The notes beneath the pieces are model-generated. The model did not search any database. It was not told the DNA's origin and was given only the letters and a program-made list of their open reading frames with translations. Shown one piece after another: positions 57,501 to 64,000 of a DNA stretch of 64,000 bases. The stretch spans positions 249,789 to 313,788 of the forward strand of contig NMRA01000157.1 of assembly GCA_002633005.1 (NCBI GenBank), given 5' to 3'. Source of the DNA: Phoronis australis. Lineage: Eukaryota > Animalia > Phoronida. The number at the start of each line of letters is the position of its first letter. Position 1 is the stretch's first letter. The position numbers and the translations under genes were made by a program.

Positions 57501-60500
57501 CAGTTACCATCGCTACCAGCTTTCAAGCTTTGTATCCAGTCGAATGATTCGTGTTCTTACTGGCTATCGTTATCGGAGGTGCCACACCCTACACGCCCCT
57601 TTGTAATTTCCCCCCTCCGGTGGACATAAATCCCCCGGCGACGGTCATGGATTACTTACTCGTGGGTAATTGTGACGGTTGCGCGGGGTTGATAGCTTCT
57701 AATTGATTCAATCTGTTACACACTTCGGAGTCGTCTTGAGTCGTTTAAAACGAGCTCTGTTTGATCAAGAACGTAAACTTTGTTTTTCAATCTATTCTGC
57801 AGGTCTTGTCTTAATTACAAATGCATCAAATTTTCGCGCTTGCCAGTTGTCGGTGGAAGCTTTCAATGTCCAAATCTTAGTCGTTGTTCTTTCCGTCAAC
57901 CGGTGTGTGAAAATAGTCTGAATGTAAAGAACTTGAATTGTTATTCTGACAAGTAACCGAAGAATTGCATTATCTAATATCTGATACCAACATGTGACGG
58001 TGCTGTTCTTTTAACCCAAGGTTTAGGTTGTCGATACCATTACGTAGCCGGTACTTGCAAGGAAACAACCAAATAAAATTATGTCAAAAATTATTTCCGA
58101 TGAAAATTAACTTGTTTCTAAATGGAACAGTGGAGTTCCTGTCTGTGAAGCTCCACCGGTGCACGCGACTAGCAAAATAATTCCAAAATTATTTTTTCAA
58201 AGAGCATGGTGACAGATTAATTACTAGACTAAATATTCTTAAGAGCGTTCTCGAAAAAAACACTCCAAACGAGAGTTGAGGATTTCACGCCTGTGTGCGG
58301 AAAAATGTGTTTTGAATCGGCTCAGTTGTCGATTAATACGCACCATCATAACAACTTGCATTTTTCGCCTGTTGCCATAAATCTTACCGTGTTAACACAA
58401 ACGTCGACGTTTTCATTTGCCTTTTGATTTTTAATACCCGGAAACTTCAATGTCTGTTGGTAATTAATACACGCGCTTCCTCTGACAGACAATAAACTGT
58501 ATGGCCATCCTGCACAGGAATATCTCACATTCTTCCAGTCATCCGAGAGTCTACAAGAATGCCGAGATATTGCTGACGGACTGTAGCGAATGTTCGTTTA
58601 TGTCAAAGCACGCGTGCGCGTGCAGGTAGTTCACGAGTTTGCGTTGTTATTGGTGCAAAAGCTACGGATTACCTCTTGAGCCTCATGTGATTTTGAAATA
58701 GAATAAATTTATAATTAGAGTAACTGGGTTTGTCGAACTAATGAAGTGACGTCATTTCGTCCGCGGCGGGGATCCTGGGCTGTTTTCACGGATGGTGAAA
58801 ATATTTCACGGCCTCTTGAGAGTCGTGATTAACCGTCAATTACTGTTATTGATTTTAACCACAAAAGCCCGTTACAACTTTTAGACTGATAGTGTTTAGT
58901 TGTTATCTCTTGCCATCCACTTACCCACCATTCTGGCTAAGGCGTGTGCAACAATCGTAGGCTCTATCCGTTTTTACAACTATTCAACGAAGCGCTTCAA
59001 AATCCGTAAATCAAATCTAAAATATTAAGCTATTGTGGAAAATAGTTTTGTTATTGATTGCGGCGATTTTGTAATGCGGCTTTCAAGCAAGTATTGCTCA
59101 GAAACTCGAAACTTTTTATCAGAAGCGATGTGTACCAAATCAGCTGATAAGAAAACGACTAGGATTACGGTAAAATCGCACCAATTTCGGAGAAAAATAA
59201 TTGCCAAATTGATTCTTTTTCATTTTTCAAACGCTTTTAATATTGCTTAGAATGTCCACAGTTGCTAGAAACATTGTCTGAAGGCAGGTATGACTTAGAC
59301 ATTTAAAATGGTGTAGCATTTATTTGGTGCTACTTATCTTTTATTAAAAAATGAAAAAATAAAATCTCACTAATCCGCCATATTGTGTCCTAAATCCTAA
59401 ATTGTTGAGACTTTACCGTACATGCCTTTTTGATAACAACAGATTAGTTCAATTCCCCAAAAAACAGTTTGCCATAAGACGAACGGAAACAATCTTGCGT
59501 GTACAATTTCAACCAACTCGAGTTATCGTTGTGTTGAAGGACTCGTGGAAATTTCTGACAGCTATGTGCTTCTGTACTGGGACAAAAAGTTATGGATGAC
59601 TGAAGACATAGCACATTGAAATGTGTATCAGCGTTTCATTGTTTATATGATTTGTATGCGCTATAGGCGGAAGGCCCAAGTACGAATAAACGATTCGTTG
59701 CTATTTTTGTCTTGAGCTTTGCATCGGCGTAGCGAAGCTGCTCATCGATTCACTGCCAATTTTTGCTCAAATCCTGCACTGTTTGTGATGAAGTCCAACT
59801 CACTATTTGTTTATAATCCTTATCATAGGACTGGTGTGTTTAAAGCAGTAAGAATTTATACACAATCCACGGGAACGAGTGCTAAATCGAAAAACTTGGA
59901 AGTGAACGTATTCGTTCTGCAGATTTGTTAAGCCCAGCGTATACTGCACGAAGCGACTTACAACTCGTATGGACTGTCTCCGGTTCATCCCGCCGTAATT
60001 ACGACTTAGTTCGGCGCACTTAAAGCTATATTTCGGCCTGTATAGCTGGCTAAAAACGAAAATTGAATCTCGTCTTTTGCTCTCAATAAGCCGGCCTTAT
60101 AATAACCCTTACCGTGATNATAGTTTTGTTATTGATTGCGGCGATTTTGTAATGCGGCTTTCAAGCAAGTATTGCTCAGAAACTCGAAACTTTTTATCAG
60201 AAGCGATGTGTACCAAATCAGCTGATAAGAAAACGACTAGGATTACGGTAAAATCGCATCAATTTCGGAGAAAAATAATTGCCAAATTGATTCTTTTTCA
60301 TTTTTCAAACGCTTTTAATATTGCTTAGAATGTCCACAGTTGCTAGAAACATTGCCTGAAGGCAAGTATGACTTAGACATTTAAAATGGTGTAGCATTTA
60401 TTTGGTGCTACTTATCTTTTATTAAAAAATGAAAAAATAAAATCTCACTAGTCCGCCATATTGTGTCCTAAATCCTAAATTGTTGAGACTTCACCGTACA

Positions 60501-63172
60501 TGACATTTTGATAACAACAGATTAGTTCAATTCCCCAAAAAAACAATTTGCCCTAAGACGAACGGACACAATCTTGCGTGTACAATTTCAACCAACTCGA
60601 GTTATCGTTGTGTTGAAAACTCGTGGAAATTTATGACAGCTATGTGCTTCTGTACTGGGACAAAAAGTTATGGATGACTGAAGACATAGCACATTGAAAT
60701 GTGTATCAGCGTTTCATTGTTTATATGATTTGTATGCGCTATAGGCGGAAGGCCCAAGTACGAATAAACGATTGGTTACTATTTTTGTCTTGAGCTTTGC
60801 ATCGGCGTAGCGAAGCTGCTCATCGATTCACTGCCAATTTTTGCTCAAATCCTGCACTGTGGTGAAGTCCAACTCACTATTTGTTTATCATCCCTATCAT
60901 AGGACTGGTGTGTTTAAAGCAGTAAGAATTTATACACAATCCACGGGAACGAGTGCTAAATCGAAAAACTTGGAAGTGAACGTATTCGTTCCGCAGATTT
61001 GTTAAGCCCAGCGTATACTGCACGAAGCGACTTACAACTCGTATGGACTGTCTCCGGTTCATCCCGCCGTAATTACGACTTAGTTCGGCGCACTTAAAGC
61101 TATATTTCGGCCTGTATAGCTGGCTAAAAACGAAAATTGAATCTCGTCTTTTGCTCTCAATAAGCCGGCCTTATAATAACCCTTACCGTGATAGGATTCT
61201 ATTTCCGGTAGCAACTGGAGTCGCTGGAAACGCGTGCATGTGCCATTTTCGACTTAGCAGTTTTAGGGTTGGCTAACATCATTAAACTCTGAAGCGTTTT
61301 GTTGACTGATATTCAAAATTAAAAAATGCTTTTGACATCAACAAAAACTTAACATTTTTACGAACAAACCGTAAAAATACCTGGTGAACAGGTTGAATTC
61401 TGCTTCTGTGGCAGAGAACCATTTTGAATTATGTAATCTAGTCTGTTTTTCGCGTTCCAAGCCTCTTTAAGGCCTGACAGGCGAGCGAGCGACGTGATTC
61501 TTTTGATCGTAACTGGATTTCTGTTGCAGTGTCCGCGTTGCTTGCAAGTGACCAGTACGACGAGAGCGATGTCGCGCAACTGAAAATTGAAATGGAAAAT
61601 ATTTTTCGGCGCCCCTCGCGTTTTCGCGTTGTTTGAGCCAATCACGCCGCACGCGTTTTTGATTTGTCAGTGACAATTTTGTTTACATCTTCGACACTCT
61701 CATTCATTTGGTAAGGCAAGGAAGTTATTGTGTGACACACCATGTGTCAATTACAAAGGCATGTGCTTTAAAACATGTTCGAAGTAGACTGGTCATGAAG
61801 TTAACATGATAGGTAAGAAACATTGGATTTGGTCGTCGTATTTGCGTGCGCAACTTTTCACCAGACGTTACAAGAACTAGTAGTTCTGAACTGCCTGCTT
61901 GTTATAATTTTAATATAAAATAGTTATCCTTGCAGTCGGCGGTTCGCAATAAAATAAAATTGAAATTCGTGGTCAGTCCATCCAACACGGTAACAGTATT
62001 TCTTCTTCAGCGCTGTTTACTATGCCTGCTAACATTTCAGCGCCCATTGTGGCCGCCCGTTCGCGTGACATCGTAACGCGAATTTCGTATGCGTCGGTCG
62101 CTCACGTGCAACCTGGCCAGGCGATTTATTGGTGAGTCGCGTCGCGTCGCGGCGCGTGCTGTGCGGCTAGCTTAAGAGACCGCACTATGTTCAATCTGTT
62201 GTTATATTTTATATTTTTTCCTTGTCAGAAACGACGAACAGGATGGTCGCGAACTGTTTGTAGTAGTGGTTGTAATTGCAAACCTATCACTGCCTCATCA
62301 GTGAGTAATGTGTTTACTCACACAACACCTAACTGAGACTATAGGCATCAATAATCTCAGGCATGCTCTGTCTCTCGTGTTTTATTGATAATTTAATTTT
62401 TATTTGAAGATTATGTCGAACTTTATGTTCTGTTCAGCCGAGATGAACGAGGAGCAAGCATTTTTCAAGTTTGGAAAAACGTTCGTAGCTGTCTTTGGTT
62501 TTATCAACATTTTCCCTTGGTCTGCACTATTTTCACCCTCGTCTGCTTGAAATGTTGACGTCGTCGTCGACGATTGGTTGTAACGTGTTGTAAATTTTGT
62601 TTTAATAGTTAATATGCATGTAAATAAAATTGATTTTACGGTACGCGGGATTTGGTGATTCTAATTCTGTAACTACAGTATAGCACTATCTTTAACGCAG
62701 AGAAATATGCCGATTATGTGGATGGGTTTTAGATAGGCCATGATCACCTCTATTGACATTTCACGGTTCTGAATGCTTAGAATACTTCTCTACGGGCGGT
62801 GTTGGTCGCGCGTGCCGTGACGTAATAGGTGTTGGACTAAGGTGTTCATTTCACGTGTCTTGTTCAAGGTAGCAGAATCTACGAGGCATACGCCTGAACC
62901 CTCGATAGTGATCAGTCGTGGTTGTTGTTTCGTGTTTTTTTCAGTTCCAGTTTTGGCGAAAGGTATAGAATATGTATATGAATGTGGTTAAACTCTGTTT
63001 TCAGACAAAAGTTCTGGCGTCCGACACCAAACCTGACACAAGTACAACGCAAGAGGATAGTACGAAAACTACGTCTCAAACGGACGAAAATTTGGGAGCG
63101 AGTTCCGACTCCTCGTCCGAAACACTGCCGGTCGCGATGAACAGTTCTGATGGTACAGAGGCCGCGACATGA
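33429..63172 (+). CDS. HTATSF1: HIV Tat-specific factor 1 / Cus2 homologue (U2 snRNP factor, RRM + UHM), whole coding span
   Basis: Spliced translation has YEWD..KKAWFPKIDDDFIA.YQ.SYG, NVYVSGLP.DIT..EF..LMSKCG, KGDGLCCY, ESVELAL, and ALNGRWFAG..WDGKT; phases are consistent. The link to the last exon is less certain. Confidence 0.92.
33993..34530. mobile_element. Possible degenerate hAT-like MITE
   Basis: CAGTGCTCGAC ... GTCGAACAC termini with subterminal cgccaa/ggcga repeats; no clean target duplication. Confidence 0.4.
34873..35245 (+). CDS. HTATSF1: HTATSF1 coding exon 2 (includes Tyr-rich insert)
   Basis: IDDDFIAKYQMSYG...KKGEKRKEPP; cag/GTGAGT boundaries. Confidence 0.9.
36515..36717 (+). 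CDS. HTATSF1: HTATSF1 coding exon 3 (RRM1)
   Basis: WFE...NVYVSGLP...KGDGLCCYIK; cag/GTGAG boundaries. Confidence 0.94.
37190..37359 (+). CDS. HTATSF1: HTATSF1 coding exon 4
   Basis: PESVELALQIL...VERAKFELKG.FDP; tag/GTAAG boundaries. Confidence 0.93.
37860..37956 (+). CDS. HTATSF1: HTATSF1 coding exon 5
   Basis: LFSWTPE...EKVVILQHVFDPKEFE; cag/GTGAGT boundaries. Confidence 0.85.
39706..39802 (+). CDS. HTATSF1: HTATSF1 coding exon 5, duplicate copy (probably the other haplotype)
   Basis: Same peptide with synonymous differences (CTG/TTG, CCT/CCG), in a duplication joined by a single N. Confidence 0.6.
42419..44782. mobile_element. Tc1/mariner-pogo type non-autonomous element, TA target duplication (about 1.5 kb once the haplotype duplicate is removed)
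   Basis: TIR CCAGGGTTTTCCGTAGATAAGCCC at 42419 with its perfect inverse ending at 44782, flanked by TA. Removing it restores tcttcaTAattccttgatgg, matching the host unit near 41703. Confidence 0.8.
42708..42841. mobile_element. 134-bp MITE nested in the TA-flanked element
   Basis: TIR CATGGGCGGCGCA / TGCGCCGCCCATG; direct repeat CAGCG on both sides. Confidence 0.75.
43645..45362. repeat. Near-identical duplication 43645-44483 / 44485-45362 joined by a single N
   Basis: N at 44484; SNPs plus an indel in a transposon end. Confidence 0.85.
48333..48422 (+). CDS. HTATSF1: HTATSF1 coding exon 6 (UHM)
   Basis: HEPTLINEIRADMRSECIKFGEVRKVTVHD; cag/GTAAGT boundaries. Confidence 0.93.
50214..50438 (+). 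CDS. HTATSF1: HTATSF1 coding exon 7 (UHM RWF motif)
   Basis: RNPDG...ALNGRWFAG...WDGKTKY..EETEEER..RL..WE.YL; CAG|GTGGG donor. Confidence 0.93.
51231..51500. repeat. Minisatellite, 20-bp unit ATATTGGCCAAGCTTGATTA, about 13 copies
   Basis: Directly visible tandem array. Confidence 0.92.
55272..55381. mobile_element. About 110-bp fold-back MITE (copies at 19640-19749 and partial at 41385-41455)
   Basis: GGCAATAGTCTGATATAA...TTTTGAGAACCAGTTT-loop-AAACTGGTTCTCAAAA...TTATATCGGACTATTGCC; almost the whole element is an inverted repeat. Confidence 0.75.
59042..61192. repeat. Near-identical duplication 59042-60118 / 60120-61192 joined by a single N
   Basis: N at 60119; SNP-level differences. Confidence 0.85.
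63005..63172 (+). CDS. HTATSF1: Probable HTATSF1 terminal exon (S/T/D-rich tail ending TGA)
   Basis: ttttcag acceptor, phase 0, open to TGA at 63170; acidic Ser/Thr-rich composition; AATAAA near 63380. It lies 12.5 kb from exon 7 and has no motif-level homology. Confidence 0.6.
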   Translation, partial: TKVLASDTKPDTSTTQEDSTKTTSQTDENLGASSDSSSETLPVAMNSSDGTEAAT

Positions 63173-64000
63173 CATCGAAAAAGGACATTTTCGCCAAAAT
63201 ATTAATCTGTATATACAGACGTATATAGTGCTGTTTGTAAACCATATTGGGTATTGTAAAATTACACGTTTTAACTATTTTAATTGTGCTTGTCAAAATT
63301 GTATGTGGTGACATTTTTCAGAAATTGGCCTCGATTTCTTGTGAATTGATCTTGGTCTTCTTGTAGGGTCGCCGAGAGAAATAAAATTGTTGAGGAAAAG
63401 TGGAATGTTTTGCTGGTTATTCTCAATAGAGTTATTTTTCAATACTGTTTGATTTTTGTTTTCTATAAATTAAATCCTTTTGATTACGAACTACGAATTT
63501 TCATTTACCTCACACATTCGTCTTTTATTTAACATTTAATTTGAAAAATTGTAGTGTTCTTTTTTGTTCCTTATTAGTAAGCTTCTCTTCACATCCTGTC
63601 CTGTCATTTGTTTGTTGAATTTTGTCCAGGTGGAATAATACCATTATGTATACCTAAAGTTTGTGATCTTTGTCGCGTGCCAACCGTAAGTTGGTTCTCC
63701 GATTTGTTTATCTCCGATGCTCTTATAAACTGTCACTCAAGACACAAATATTTGAACAAAGTGTACGACCGCCAGCTGTCGTGAAAGACTCATTAAGGAG
63801 GTAGAACCTTGGGTAGATTTGCTGGATTTAGGTCTGTCGGTGTTCTGTGAATGTAAAACTAGTTTGTGTTTACTGAACTTTATGTCGTTTGTTCGTTTGA
63901 TGATGAAAGGAAACATTTTTGGAATAATGTCATTGAATCGAATTTACGTGTAGTATCCCAATGCGGTTTTCGTTCTTGCATATAGATAAACTTCGTATGT

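Overview
AT-rich, intron-rich animal (invertebrate-like) genomic DNA, not prokaryotic, so almost all ORFs in the supplied track are spurious. Two genes lie head-to-head. MED14 (Mediator subunit 14) is on the minus strand: 34 coding exons traced by hand from ATG 28682 to the window edge, 4327 nt or about 1442 codons, all splice phases consistent, stop codon just outside the window. HTATSF1/Tat-SF1 is on the plus strand: ATG 33429, 7 secure coding exons plus a probable terminal exon at 63005-63172, about 495 aa. MED14 has one clear U12-type (minor spliceosome) GT-AG intron at 19175-20050. One MED14 intron holds a Penelope-like retroelement relic with a minimal hammerhead ribozyme motif in the sense orientation, about 90 nt upstream of a 3' splice site. 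The introns carry many nested MITEs, Helentron/HINE-like repeats with CTCF-like motifs, tRNA-derived units and minisatellites. Four near-identical 0.8-1.5 kb tandem duplications flank N gaps and are most likely unmerged haplotypes. I found no convincing wholly new multi-gene system. The best leads are the intronic hammerhead, a possible spliced antisense transcript in the last HTATSF1 intron, and a Tyr-rich insert in HTATSF1.
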